A DNA stretch of 64,000 nt from a virus: the IMG/VR virus record IMGVR_UViG_3300035703_000079, positions 4,011 to 68,010 of that record. One strand, 5' to 3'. Each line of letters begins with the position of its first letter. Position 1 is the first letter of the stretch. Positions 19,701-29,850 of this stretch are shown here, piece after piece. A program made the translations under genes and the position numbers. The notes under the pieces are model-generated. The model had not been told where the DNA came from and ran no database searches. It saw nothing but the letters and a program-made list of their open reading frames with translations.

Positions 19701-20898
19701 GAAAATGGCCACGCCTATTGCGTTCTACCACGTTGGTCGCAGGAGGGCCGGGGCTGTCCCCGGACAAATGAGCGTTGCTCAAGGCGTATATACAAAAATC
19801 TTTCTTCGGAGTATGGCTTCGACGATTGGCACGGTGCTGCTCCTGAAAGCACTCCGGGAGGCCATAGGGGACGACGAGGAGGAGGAGAAAACCGGGGAAC
19901 GCAAATGGGATGTAAGCACCGACCCTAAGAGTTCATTGTTTATGAAAATCCGGGTGGGCAATCAAACCATTGATCCGTTCCATGGATTCCAGCAGACAAG
20001 CGTTTTACAATCCCGTTATGCCTTGGCAGCCTTGGACCAAGAGGCATACACAAACACCCGCACGGGAATCCCGTATAAACTTGGGGAGAAACCAGCCCCC
20101 ACAAAAGCAGAATTGAGCTGGAGGTTTATTTCCGGCAAATTCTCCCCGCAAGCCTCGTTTGCAAAGGATTGGATTATGGGGGAGCCCGTGAAAGGCACCC
20201 CGTATTACAAATCGCCAAACGGGGAATATTTCACATTGTCCGGGAAATTGGTTGAGGATATGGCCCCATTGTCTTTCGGAGCCGTCGAGGAAACTTTTGA
20301 GGAACAACAGAACCCGGTGTTAATTGGGATATTCTCGGCCCTTGCGGTGGCGGGAGCAGGGTTAAACACCATGAAACCTAACGACAAAACCGCTGGTGCT
20401 ATGCGGGAGCGATTGGGGGTAGAGCCGGACGAAAAGAAAACATTCCGAGAAGCGTTCCTAAGCAGGGCGAAAACGGGAGAAGACCCCGTGAAAGCCCGGG
20501 AGTATTTCGACAAGAGTAAGCCCGAGGATAAGGATATTGCGCAATACACCTTGCAAATCTTCAAGGAGAACACTTCGGAAGATGTCCTCGACAGCAAGTA
20601 CAAAATCACCACCACCAGAGGGAAAACCCTTTTGGCGAAAATGGTGTTCGAGGGGTATAAACCAACTTCCTCAGACTACTTCATGCTTTCTCCCAAGGAC
20701 GAACCAGCCTTGAAGAAATTTGCCGAATCCGGGACTGCTCAGGACATGGAGATATTGCGGGCCGAGATAAAAACGCAAGTGGCGGAATGGGACAATTTAG
20801 CCCGGACGCTTGGGGAATATCGAGGGGACAATGAGCGATATGTGGAGCGGCTTGAGAACAAGCCCTTGTTCCGGGCATACAAGGAAGTAGCCAAGTAA
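16798..20898 (+). CDS. Giant putative ejection/polyvalent virion protein
   Basis: 1366 aa, coiled-coil N-half, hydrophobic C-terminal segments, SEAYHAAKKDGSNPELVKAVEELL motif. Confidence 0.7.
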   Translation: MSLTPCNFILPDRTLTFDEARQYLLDNPGVWKKSTAKESGPLSSVEATAKALEALRLYNQDEFVRDFASIDLPFKQQNIQAGVDDATQKQLFPNEKTRRKYQENIYRAVVRSSVFPGILSEAYHAAKKDGSNPELVKAVEELLGGKKSTIDSLIDQADQLIAENKRKRGGAGSGLQSIVSPGAAYDALLGAYKAVLLAAKAAGKVLTRAQAMLEARKKIEGKFDAKDIAAAEAALNERLSGQPPKAPEAKPETPKPAAESGEKKKTLFERAARGEAGKDAPLMEKLDEIGRTRLSKPFAEVIREVKAATKGVSDEKVLERARDKTVEQEVRVALYGELLERNKNTPFTQETQQEIAERQALYMNELSALQTASGRAGAISQLIYENLEGYFNFSKQLVEFLGKNTGIDEGEVKRLKDLVARLEKANATLKEKQEANEKARMQEEEDSAVERISDGMKREKPVTKSVLKEKAKELRKKQFSRPGYFSAATPATLAFDAAVEGMALALEAGGEVEIAIKKGIEALKKTDWYKGHNNKDKAEKEFEKWALGELLPKAEVDENGKVKVPSALIRYYVGKGEKDIDVIAGEIKEDLAKEGHELSIREIRDAITGYAREINPRKNELEEQINTLKRIGRKLSNLEDIRRNIQKAKSPKLKKELSDREKILDEQIETEFFNMFGYKPRQMSDVERLKAFKERSQKATKDLERRLREGDFDKKPRRAAVELDEEARRLANERYVLQEEFDRELEKAFRNTDEGRVDTAIQLLLSSLSIKRAFQTGVDLGVVFVQGAMLPFYGKGMFSKGIRGAVSSAKSEEAFLAIAREMKSNPLYYLIKKSGLDLALPHAKSTATEEFLQNRAMEAMWDVIAEGVGAASPKTGNFLKKANPIAFFNRTQLGYLNTMKMAIFLDGAQKLIDQGITYENTPQAYKDLADMINTLSGRTSLKGAESSKFVMAGLNALFYSARNLASVLKMATPIAFYHVGRRRAGAVPGQMSVAQGVYTKIFLRSMASTIGTVLLLKALREAIGDDEEEEKTGERKWDVSTDPKSSLFMKIRVGNQTIDPFHGFQQTSVLQSRYALAALDQEAYTNTRTGIPYKLGEKPAPTKAELSWRFISGKFSPQASFAKDWIMGEPVKGTPYYKSPNGEYFTLSGKLVEDMAPLSFGAVEETFEEQQNPVLIGIFSALAVAGAGLNTMKPNDKTAGAMRERLGVEPDEKKTFREAFLSRAKTGEDPVKAREYFDKSKPEDKDIAQYTLQIFKENTSEDVLDSKYKITTTRGKTLLAKMVFEGYKPTSSDYFMLSPKDEPALKKFAESGTAQDMEILRAEIKTQVAEWDNLARTLGEYRGDNERYVERLENKPLFRAYKEVAK

Positions 20899-20901
20899 AA
20901 G

Positions 20902-20926
20902 AGGCCCCGAAAATCCGGGGCTTTTT
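20902..20926 (+). terminator. Intrinsic terminator
   Basis: ggccccg-aaaatc-cggggc followed by ttttt. Confidence 0.7.
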
Positions 20927-20943
20927 GCTTTAATTTGCAGGGT

Positions 20944-23900
20944 ATGGCAAAGCAAACAGAAACTCACCGCATTGACCGGGTAGTTCCGGACCTTGACGAC
21001 AACCTGATTCAGCCAAACATGGCGAGGTCAGCCAAGAATCTTCGCTTTGCTGCTTCCGTGAATAACACCGATAGGTCCGGCGGAACGCTTGTCAATGGAA
21101 TGTCAGAGCTTTCCTACGCCCTTCCTAGCGGGGACAACAAAGTGATTGGCCGCCGGGAGGACTATGAGAACAACTCCGTTCTATTCGCCCTTTGGAACTC
21201 GGGAGGAAACCACGCCATCTATCGCATTTCTCAGGACGGCACCATTGTTAAAGTGGTGAACGCCGAAGGGTTTACAGAGGATATGCAGGTGAGCATTGCT
21301 GTAATCGACGGGAAGGTGTATTGGACTGCATCCGGGCTTAATGAGCCAAAGATGGTCAACATCGCCAAGGGGGTGGACAATCAATACCCTACGCCATACG
21401 AGGAGTGGTATTACACGCAAATCAAGCGTCCCGGGGGTGTTCCATTGGAAGTGCTTGTTGCCACCAACCCATCTTTCCCCGACACATACGGGAACGCCCA
21501 GGAATGGCCGAGGGAATCTGTAAGCCTTGATTATCGGACGCTAATTTCCCTGGCCGCTTACGTTAATTTCAACACAGAAACCGGGTATCAATTTTCGTAT
21601 TACTATGTGTACGACAACAACGAAGAAAGCGTTTTAGCCCCGTTCTCCTTCCTTTGCTTTTACGAAACCAACTTGCGTTTGAGAATCCCTCAAAACGAGT
21701 TTGAAACGTATTTGCAAAACGCCAATCTGGTGAAGAAAGTTGTGTTTGTCTATCGCAAGGGCGACGACGGGGAATGGCTTTTGGCAGGAGAAAGAACCAA
21801 TCCCGGAGATGGAACGGACACTTCGTTTTTCATTAACATCCCGGATATTCGGAAGGTTCCCACTTCCGTTATTGCCTCCGACATCACCGACAGATTGTAC
21901 GACGAGGTCCCGGTGGAAAGCCAATGCAACGAAATAGCGCAGAACAGGCTTTTCCATGCCAACTACGCCTCCAGCTACGACACGATAACAACGCTCTCCA
22001 TGAGTACTTCTGTTGTAGCTGCTGGGAATCCCGTGGCAAACTCGACATCCGGGATAAACCAGGTGCATAAGCCCGGAGGACAATACAGCGTTGGCATTGA
22101 AGCCCTTGACGAATACGGGCGAAGAATAGGTGTTGTAAACAGCGTTGGAATCCAGATTCCTACATACCAGAATTTTAACACGGCATACACCCTCCCCTCA
22201 CCATTTAAAGCAAGTCCGGACAATAAAGACTTGGAGGACAATTCCTATTGGATTGACTTTAACATTACCGGGAGCGTTCCTTCGTGGGTGAAATACCTTC
22301 GGATTGTGGAAACCCGGGCGCAATCAACGGTGAACTTCTATCGCTTCAGTTGCGTGATGATGTATTGGTATGTCGGGGATAATAACGTCAACTACTATTC
22401 CCGGTTTTACCTCGGCCCCACATACGCTCAAGGGAATCGTCAGGATGCGCAATTCAAAGACGCTATGACGTTCTACCACCGGGGATATGCCTTGTTTCTC
22501 CCTGCTGGAAGTCCCATTAGCATTTCCTCGACAGAAAAAGGGTTTGTAACGCTGATTGGCAACTGGACCCCGAATGGCGATACGCTGTATGACTTTCTTT
22601 TTGATAAGTTCGGGGGAGGCAAGAAGTATAAAGTGGCTTCTCAGGTAGATAATGCTTTGCTCTTTGAACTTCCGGATCAAATCCTGAACAACCCTTCGCC
22701 TCCAGCGTCATACGAATATGGCCTTGTGGATTTTGCTTGGGGGCCATTGGTGTTCAACGTGGAAGTGGAAGTGGAGCAAAACATTGTTGAGCCTACGTTT
22801 TTCCAGCAAGGACCGCAGGGGAACACATACGTTGTCACAGACCCGGACAACGTTTCTTTTTCCGGGACGTTATACGGGGACTGTTACCTTTCCCAATACA
22901 GAAAAAACCTTCAGCCCTTGTATGTGTCATTCATTTACAACTATCTGGTAACGCCGGGGCCAACCCTCGACATTGAATACATTGACTATCAAACCACGCC
23001 GGACTTCCCGATTCCAAATGACGGGGAGATATGGGAAGGGGTGAACATCTCCATGAATCCGGGCGACATTTATGCGCAAACATGGAATGTCGGGGAAGGG
23101 CAGAGGTCAATTGTTAATACAGACCAAGCGCAAGTGAGGCTTTTGAATGGCATTTGCTTTTCGGAGGTGTTGCTGCAAGGGACAAAAATCAACGGGCTTT
23201 CCAAGTTTACAGCGGCAAACATTCGGCAGGCTCCGCTTGAGAACGGGGCGATTACAGCGATTGTCCGAACCAACGCTACACAGCGTGAGCCCGGGGTGAT
23301 GCTCTCCATCGGCACAAACGCCGTAAGCTCGTTTTATTACGAAGGAACACAGCTCACAAACCTTGATGGAAGTACAAACGTCACCACCACCGATAGTGTG
23401 CTGGCAAGCCAGCGTCCGCTCTTAGGGAACTATGGAACGCTCAAATTGAACAATGTGTGCGTCACGCCTTTAGGCACGGTGTATTATTGGTCGGAGAATA
23501 TCCAGGATTGGATACGTTACACGCAAGCAGGGCTCGAGCAACTCGGGGAAACCTACTTGTTTATGAACTATGCCCGGGGCGCTCTTCAGACTTCCAGCAC
23601 ATTCCCCTGCGTGTACGACCAAGTGACGGACGAAGCGATTTTGATAGGGAACGACGCCAAAGCCCTTGTTTTTTCGGAGCGATATAAGACGCTCCAGCCC
23701 TCCCGGGACTATAACCAAGGGGAAGATTCTGTATGTCCGGAGTTAATGGCTTCGCTTGCGACAAGCACGTTTTTCTTTCTCAATGGCCATGTATGGCGCA
23801 TGACCCCGAGTAGCCCGGAAAACTCTTTCTTCGGGGAAATCAAAAACCCGGAACTTACGATTGTCACCAATCGTGCACCCACCGATGTTAAGCAATGGAG

Positions 23901-24180
23901 CGGGTATTCGGTTATTGGCCCTAAACCAACGACAACACAGCTAAACTCTGGTGAGGACGAAAGTCCGGTGAGACAGAGCTACATTGAACCCGGATGGTGG
24001 ATGGACCGGAAGGGGAACTTTAGTGTCGCCATCCGAAGGGATGAAAATTCGACGGGAGGAGTGCTTGGCGGGAAGGTAATGGAAAGTCGGATACTTATTT
24101 CTACTTTTGCGTGGGACGCCGAAACGTTCTACAAATTGAATTTCATACAAGTAATGTTCAACTCAGCCGTCGTTCAATAA
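20944..24180 (+). CDS. Tail nozzle / stabilisation protein (P22 gp10 or crAss muzzle-like)
   Basis: DLDDNLIQPN..RSAKNLR N-terminus, YQFSYYYVY, EIAQNRLFHANY; beta-rich; synteny. Confidence 0.7.
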   Translation: MAKQTETHRIDRVVPDLDDNLIQPNMARSAKNLRFAASVNNTDRSGGTLVNGMSELSYALPSGDNKVIGRREDYENNSVLFALWNSGGNHAIYRISQDGTIVKVVNAEGFTEDMQVSIAVIDGKVYWTASGLNEPKMVNIAKGVDNQYPTPYEEWYYTQIKRPGGVPLEVLVATNPSFPDTYGNAQEWPRESVSLDYRTLISLAAYVNFNTETGYQFSYYYVYDNNEESVLAPFSFLCFYETNLRLRIPQNEFETYLQNANLVKKVVFVYRKGDDGEWLLAGERTNPGDGTDTSFFINIPDIRKVPTSVIASDITDRLYDEVPVESQCNEIAQNRLFHANYASSYDTITTLSMSTSVVAAGNPVANSTSGINQVHKPGGQYSVGIEALDEYGRRIGVVNSVGIQIPTYQNFNTAYTLPSPFKASPDNKDLEDNSYWIDFNITGSVPSWVKYLRIVETRAQSTVNFYRFSCVMMYWYVGDNNVNYYSRFYLGPTYAQGNRQDAQFKDAMTFYHRGYALFLPAGSPISISSTEKGFVTLIGNWTPNGDTLYDFLFDKFGGGKKYKVASQVDNALLFELPDQILNNPSPPASYEYGLVDFAWGPLVFNVEVEVEQNIVEPTFFQQGPQGNTYVVTDPDNVSFSGTLYGDCYLSQYRKNLQPLYVSFIYNYLVTPGPTLDIEYIDYQTTPDFPIPNDGEIWEGVNISMNPGDIYAQTWNVGEGQRSIVNTDQAQVRLLNGICFSEVLLQGTKINGLSKFTAANIRQAPLENGAITAIVRTNATQREPGVMLSIGTNAVSSFYYEGTQLTNLDGSTNVTTTDSVLASQRPLLGNYGTLKLNNVCVTPLGTVYYWSENIQDWIRYTQAGLEQLGETYLFMNYARGALQTSSTFPCVYDQVTDEAILIGNDAKALVFSERYKTLQPSRDYNQGEDSVCPELMASLATSTFFFLNGHVWRMTPSSPENSFFGEIKNPELTIVTNRAPTDVKQWSGYSVIGPKPTTTQLNSGEDESPVRQSYIEPGWWMDRKGNFSVAIRRDENSTGGVLGGKVMESRILISTFAWDAETFYKLNFIQVMFNSAVVQ

Positions 24181-24181
24181 T

Positions 24182-24985
24182 ATGCCATTCAATCCCGTCA
24201 CCCTTGGAATTGGAGCCGCAGCCTCGGTTCCCTCGTTTGTTCAGGCATACAACCAGAACAAGGCCCTAAAGAATTTGCTCAAACAAGGCCCGCAAGACCT
24301 TGCTCCGGTGTCTTTCCGGCAAATGCAGCAGGGATTGGAGAATCAAGCCAACAACGCCCAGATTGCGGGGTATGGCTCGGCGATTGAGGATATTAACCAG
24401 CAGCAGGCGGATACGCTTGGGCAGGCCCGTAGGGCTGCATTAACGCCCGGGTCGCTATTGAATGTTCTTTCCCGGCTGGATAGGTCCGGGCGCAACTCCA
24501 GACGTTCCCTTGCAATGCAGGGGGCGCAAATGAAGGAGGCACGCCTCAACCGGGCATTGGCAGCAAGAGAGCGCCGGGCTGGATTCCAGGAACAAGGACG
24601 TCAGGAGTTCAACCGGACAGTTGGCGCTTTGAGGGGAGCAAGGGACCAAAACATTAACGCCGGGGTTCAGAACTTGCTTGGCGCGGGGCTAATGAGCTAT
24701 ACGCCGAAAGCAGCGCCTACGCCGGCGCCTACGCCGGAAATGATGAAGGGAAAGACGCCGCAATTTGACTTGGCTCCAAACTTCGTTCCTCCGGCTACGC
24801 TCCGAAGGGAAAATGTTTCGGGAATGCCTGAGTATCAGGAAAATAGCGAAACGCCTTATTTAAACTCCATGTATAGGAACGCCCTTGACCCAGATGTGGT
24901 GGCTGCAAGAATCCGCGCAAGCAGAGAGCCTCAGCCATTAAATCCAAGCCAAATGCTTCGGACGCAACCTTACAACTCTTTCTAA
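24182..24985 (+). CDS. Putative internal virion / DNA pilot protein
   Basis: Gly/Ala N-terminus, Gln/Arg-rich helical middle; lies between nozzle and portal. Confidence 0.5.
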   Translation: MPFNPVTLGIGAAASVPSFVQAYNQNKALKNLLKQGPQDLAPVSFRQMQQGLENQANNAQIAGYGSAIEDINQQQADTLGQARRAALTPGSLLNVLSRLDRSGRNSRRSLAMQGAQMKEARLNRALAARERRAGFQEQGRQEFNRTVGALRGARDQNINAGVQNLLGAGLMSYTPKAAPTPAPTPEMMKGKTPQFDLAPNFVPPATLRRENVSGMPEYQENSETPYLNSMYRNALDPDVVAARIRASREPQPLNPSQMLRTQPYNSF

Positions 24986-24988
24986 CCA

Positions 24989-27307
24989 ATGTTTCAACCG
25001 GACCTTAACGCCCCTCTCTCGGAAAAACGGGACAAGAAGTTTGGCTTGGCGTTTGCCAGAGGGCTGGAAACGTGGCATTTGATGCAAATTCAAAGCCCGA
25101 ACTTCCCTCGCTCAAAGTGGGCAGAGAACTATCAATACGCCCATGGAACGCAAAGTTACCTCCGGACAATCCAGCCCGTAGAGAACCTTGCAGGCAACGA
25201 TAGCCAGACATTACCCGGGGCTGACCTTCGGAACATGAAACTCCTTTCCACCATTCTGGAAAGTGTTGTAGGGAAGCTCAACAAGCAATCCTTTAAGCCT
25301 ACGGTGACAATGGTGGATTCGTTGGCAGAGGACCAACGGAACGACATGAAGGCCCGGCTGGAATTAGCCATGATTGCCCGGCAACAAGGGGCGGAAATGG
25401 ACGCCTACCTGAAAAACCTTGGGCTGAGCCCGGACGACGTTCCTATTAGTCAGGAAGACCTCAACCTCACCCTTGCCACTCTCCCGCAATTCCGGGAGGA
25501 AATGGCGCTGGAACTTGCCCTTTCGAAAGTGAACAAGGAAAGCGCCTTGGACACCCTGCTTCGCATGACCGATTATGATGATGCGATCACCGGGACAAGG
25601 TGTTTGTATGTGAACACTTCCAGAGGTCAGCAGCAGATTGAATGGGTGGATGTGTTGAATGCAGGGCATTCGATGTCCATGTATCCGGATGGTCGGGATA
25701 TTGTTTGGTCCTATCGGATTCGCCCGGTGCCCGTCGAAACCATCAAACTCGAAGCAGCCGGGGACTTAACGCCGGAACAACTCAAGAGCATCCGGGGCGG
25801 CAATTGGACCACGCTTTACAACGTTCTTTATTTCTGGGACCAAAACCAAGGCAACAATGGATATACACCATATTTCTATAACACATACACCGACTACGCT
25901 TTGGTGTTGGACTTTGAGTTTGTTTCCACAGAAACACAGAACATCAATTACAAGAACGGGAAACTTTTCCCTCCCTCAAGCCGCAAGCGCGTGGAAGGAA
26001 GGGACGGAGAAGTGTATGACACAAAGATTCAGCACCTTTTCGGAGGGAGTTATATCATAGGGAACCAATTCTTGTATAACTACGGGCAAAAGGAGGGCAT
26101 ACGCCAGCCATTGCCTATGAATCTCCGGGATGCCACAAGGGTGAATGCCTCTAAGGTGTACGGCTCATTCATCTGGCAACATTCCAGCATGATACGGGGC
26201 TCAAGTACAACGCTTGTTGACCGGGCCAAGCCACATCTTGACAGCATTGAAACGCTGTTTAAGAAATTCAAAACGTATTCAGCGGAGTTTCTCCCTTGGA
26301 TTATTAAAGTGGATCAGGATGCCGTTGTGGACCTTGCCTTCAAAGAAGGAAGCGAAGTGACGCCGGAAGACCTTATGACCACCCTTTTGACAAAAGGTGT
26401 TGGCGTTGTGAGTTCCAGCGCCTATCGAGGGTTTCATAATGCGTCCATCAAAGACGCCATCACCATCATTGAAAACGCCGGAGGGGCCAACCTTCAAATG
26501 GTTTGGAACCTGATTCTCCAGCAAATCAATCTGGTGCGTGACGTTATGGGCGTTCCTTCTGTTGAAATGGGAGGAAGTGTAAACCCGGAACAAGGGAAGG
26601 CCGTTACGCAAAGCATTATTGCCGGGAGTGACAATGTTCTTTCCGGGCTCATGGACGCCCGTGTTCGCCTTGTGAGCAACCTTTGGGAGAACCGGATGTA
26701 CCACATCCTTGCGTCCGGGGAAAGCGGCATTAGCCCCGAAGGGCTGCCCTTTGACGTTCCCGTTGGTAATCCTGACGGACGTATTCCGAATTTGATTGTG
26801 GAACCCGTTCCGCAGGAACAAGAGTGGATGGTGCTGTATAATGCAGCCAACCAAGCCCTTGCAGCCAAGACGCTTACAATGGACCAATTTGCGTTCATTA
26901 AGAACATCACCAACCTCAAGCAGGCATGGGCATACCTTGCTACGCAACAGCGCCGGGGAGAAATGCGTCAGAGTCAGCAACAACAAATGATTGACCAGAC
27001 GAACACCGAAAGGCAAATGCTTTCCAACCAGCAGGCACAAGCCGGGAAGATGGAGTTGGAAAGGGCCAAGGGCTTTAATGCTGTTGTAGCCGAATGGGCG
27101 AAGATGGCTTTTGCCCCGCCACAAACGGACGAAAACGGCAAAACCAAGAAAGTTGCAAGTATGGAGGAAGCAACGCTACTTTTGCAGCAAGCGATAAGCA
27201 CACTAACAAGTATTTATGGAGAATCAGGAACCACAAGTGGAGGAGCAAGTCCAGAACTTGCCGCCGGAGCAGAATCCGGAGAACTCCCCGCACCCCTCGA
27301 GCAATAA
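24989..27307 (+). CDS. Portal protein
   Basis: 772 aa; YAHGTQ motif, VRDVMGV..VEMG and Gln-rich C-terminal barrel; precedes scaffold and capsid genes. Confidence 0.8.
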   Translation: MFQPDLNAPLSEKRDKKFGLAFARGLETWHLMQIQSPNFPRSKWAENYQYAHGTQSYLRTIQPVENLAGNDSQTLPGADLRNMKLLSTILESVVGKLNKQSFKPTVTMVDSLAEDQRNDMKARLELAMIARQQGAEMDAYLKNLGLSPDDVPISQEDLNLTLATLPQFREEMALELALSKVNKESALDTLLRMTDYDDAITGTRCLYVNTSRGQQQIEWVDVLNAGHSMSMYPDGRDIVWSYRIRPVPVETIKLEAAGDLTPEQLKSIRGGNWTTLYNVLYFWDQNQGNNGYTPYFYNTYTDYALVLDFEFVSTETQNINYKNGKLFPPSSRKRVEGRDGEVYDTKIQHLFGGSYIIGNQFLYNYGQKEGIRQPLPMNLRDATRVNASKVYGSFIWQHSSMIRGSSTTLVDRAKPHLDSIETLFKKFKTYSAEFLPWIIKVDQDAVVDLAFKEGSEVTPEDLMTTLLTKGVGVVSSSAYRGFHNASIKDAITIIENAGGANLQMVWNLILQQINLVRDVMGVPSVEMGGSVNPEQGKAVTQSIIAGSDNVLSGLMDARVRLVSNLWENRMYHILASGESGISPEGLPFDVPVGNPDGRIPNLIVEPVPQEQEWMVLYNAANQALAAKTLTMDQFAFIKNITNLKQAWAYLATQQRRGEMRQSQQQQMIDQTNTERQMLSNQQAQAGKMELERAKGFNAVVAEWAKMAFAPPQTDENGKTKKVASMEEATLLLQQAISTLTSIYGESGTTSGGASPELAAGAESGELPAPLEQ

Positions 27308-28301
27308 ACTTGAGATTGTAGGGGTGAAGATGCAGGGCCAAGAGGAAACGGCCCCAGAGAATCGTGCCCCGGAAGCGCCTGCCGCTTCGCAAGAAAGCAC
27401 AGCACAGCCCTCAAGTTCGGAACAAACATCCGCAAGTCAAGAGGGGGCCGCAACTAATTCCGACAAACTGAAGGAATTGGAGGACGAACTATCCCGTTTG
27501 CGGGCCGAACAAAAACAAGTCAGGGTGGAAAAGATTGTCCCTGACGAAGTGAAGGCTCTTTTGGACAACCCAAAGGAACTTTCGATTTTGATGGAAGATT
27601 TCGCTCAGCGGGATATTCTGTCGCTGCTCATTGATAAAACCCAGCAGGAGAATCCGTGGATAAAGAATGAGCAATCAGCATTGGCTTTTCTACAACGCAA
27701 ATACCCCGACTTAGACCCTGAAATCCCAGAGAATCTCGGCCTTAGCGAATTGGACTATGAACAAGCGAAGTATGAGTCCGACGGACACAGAAACGCTTTG
27801 ATTGCCAAGCAAGACGAGGTGAAAGGGAAAATCAAGGAACTAACGCAAACTAAAGAGGGGCAAGCTCCTGCTTTTGACCAGGAAGCCTACAACAAGCTAT
27901 ACGCTGAGAAGGTGGCTGAAGGGATTAAGCAACTTGCCGCTCCGGCAATCGCTCTGGATATTCCGGGGTATGACTTGCCTAAGTTTGACTTAGAAAAAGT
28001 CTGGGAGATTGCGTACTCCGAGAACACTCCTTTGAAACTTGATGAGGAAGGGAACTTGTGGCCGGACATGGAATCTGCGTACAAAATCGCTTTGGCGGAC
28101 TATCTCTCGCAAATCTTCACACCGACGGTGGAAGCGGCGAAAAGAGCAGCCCCGAAGGAAACAGCAGAAGCTATTGCTCAGGCATTACGAGGGAACAACA
28201 CGCAAGTGACATCTCCGGGGATTCCAGGGGCTCCAGCCAACGGGAAATCCGCTGCAAGCGTAAGAGGTGTTCCGGTGGTGGGCGTAAAAGCAAACTTTTA
28301 A
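27216..28301 (+). CDS. Capsid scaffolding protein
   Basis: Acidic, low-complexity N-terminus; position between portal and major capsid gene. Confidence 0.65.
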   Translation: MENQEPQVEEQVQNLPPEQNPENSPHPSSNKLEIVGVKMQGQEETAPENRAPEAPAASQESTAQPSSSEQTSASQEGAATNSDKLKELEDELSRLRAEQKQVRVEKIVPDEVKALLDNPKELSILMEDFAQRDILSLLIDKTQQENPWIKNEQSALAFLQRKYPDLDPEIPENLGLSELDYEQAKYESDGHRNALIAKQDEVKGKIKELTQTKEGQAPAFDQEAYNKLYAEKVAEGIKQLAAPAIALDIPGYDLPKFDLEKVWEIAYSENTPLKLDEEGNLWPDMESAYKIALADYLSQIFTPTVEAAKRAAPKETAEAIAQALRGNNTQVTSPGIPGAPANGKSAASVRGVPVVGVKANF

Positions 28302-28334
28302 ATTTCTTTTCACTTGTAAATTTTTCAAACAACC

Positions 28335-29759
28335 ATGGCAGAACCACAGTATAGCCAGCTTAATGCACTCAGCCCGCAGAACATTGCGAGTGCGAGTGAT
28401 CTCTCCGGGTTAGCGGACACCGTGTCCCAGACCCGTTCCTTTTGGCCCACTCTTTTGAGCCGCTACCAAGACCGTCAGTACATCGAAAACGGCATGATTG
28501 CCGACTTGGTGGACAATGCCGGATTCGTTGGTGTGCCTATGGGTACCGCCAATGTATTCCACGCTGAACAGGATAGTGTTCTCAGCACTTCCACAGTAGT
28601 GAGCCTTACTGGCGGAGGAACCGCTGGCGCACAAGCCACCATCACCATTGAAGTGGTGACTGTTGACGGGGCGTATTTCAACTACGCAAACGTTGGTCAA
28701 CGCTTCCAAGTGGCTAACAATCCGGGGGTGACATTCACCGTTGATAGCACTTCGTTTGACGAATCATCAACCATTCACACCATCACAGTAACGCCTCCCC
28801 CTACTGTAACGCTGGCAACTTCCGTTTCCGATGGCGACACCCTGCTTCCAATTGACGCTGTTCAGGCCGAAGGGTCTGACTTCCCGAACGGAGCTGTTCG
28901 TGGCTGGGCACGTTTTGGCGTGAACTTCCAGTACATGATGACTTCTTCCGCTTTGATGGGCCCAAGCGCTTACAGCCAGAACTTCGAGTTCACTTTGGCT
29001 GATGGTCGCACCATCCTTGCCCCTAAAAACTTTGCTGATGCCGTTCTTACCGCCTACCTGCGTAAGTCTGCTGCCATCACCATTGGTAAAGGGGTGACAT
29101 ACGGAGGAAAATCCACCACCACCGGGCTTGTTACTGCTGCTCAAACATTCGGACTCACCGCTGATTACCTTGCAGGTGGTGTTCAGATGGATGACTTCCA
29201 GAACATCTTCTATAAGCTGCAAAACCGGGGTGCTGGCTCAAAACTGAAAGTGTACGGCGGATATGCGTTCCTGCAATCCTTCCAGAAAAACTCGGTTTCA
29301 GGATTGAGCAACGGAGCCATCCAATACATCTCTGGCGAATTGAACCAGAAAGACGAAGCCACTTCGCTGCGTCAGAAGTTCGGAAAATTCAACATTGGTG
29401 GATTCGAGGTGACGCTCACCGAAGCAACCGAATGGCGCCACAAGGAAATGTACACTCCTGACCTTGGCGGGGACAGCCTTGCCACCGGATACTGGGCCAA
29501 CTCTTTCGTTGTAATGCCTGATGAGCAAGTGGCTGTTGCCCGTGAGCTGACTCAAACCAGCTTCACCGTAACTGCTCCGATGTTCCGGGTGTTGCAACTG
29601 CAAGCTCCTGTTGAGCCGGGTGCAGCCGTAACTTCCAGCCGTGTGTATGCACGAGGAGGTGTGAACTTTGGTAAGGAAAACTACCAAATCACCCACGTTG
29701 AGCAATTCGCTGCTCAAACAATGATGGCAAACAAGCTGTATTTCGGAGGAACGCTTTAA
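28335..29759 (+). CDS. Major capsid protein
   Basis: 474 aa; strong codon bias; TTTGLV motif; follows the scaffold gene and is followed by a terminator. Confidence 0.75.
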   Translation: MAEPQYSQLNALSPQNIASASDLSGLADTVSQTRSFWPTLLSRYQDRQYIENGMIADLVDNAGFVGVPMGTANVFHAEQDSVLSTSTVVSLTGGGTAGAQATITIEVVTVDGAYFNYANVGQRFQVANNPGVTFTVDSTSFDESSTIHTITVTPPPTVTLATSVSDGDTLLPIDAVQAEGSDFPNGAVRGWARFGVNFQYMMTSSALMGPSAYSQNFEFTLADGRTILAPKNFADAVLTAYLRKSAAITIGKGVTYGGKSTTTGLVTAAQTFGLTADYLAGGVQMDDFQNIFYKLQNRGAGSKLKVYGGYAFLQSFQKNSVSGLSNGAIQYISGELNQKDEATSLRQKFGKFNIGGFEVTLTEATEWRHKEMYTPDLGGDSLATGYWANSFVVMPDEQVAVARELTQTSFTVTAPMFRVLQLQAPVEPGAAVTSSRVYARGGVNFGKENYQITHVEQFAAQTMMANKLYFGGTL

Positions 29760-29791
29760 TCGTTCGTCGGAGAAATCTGGCAATTCATCGA

Positions 29792-29822
29792 AGAGAGGGG
29801 CTTAGCGGTCCCTCTCTTTTTG
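29792..29822 (+). terminator. Intrinsic terminator after the major capsid gene
   Basis: agagaggggc-ttagcg-gtccctctct followed by a T run. Confidence 0.75.
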
Positions 29823-29850
29823 TTTTTTTGTAGAGCAGAATAAATAACGT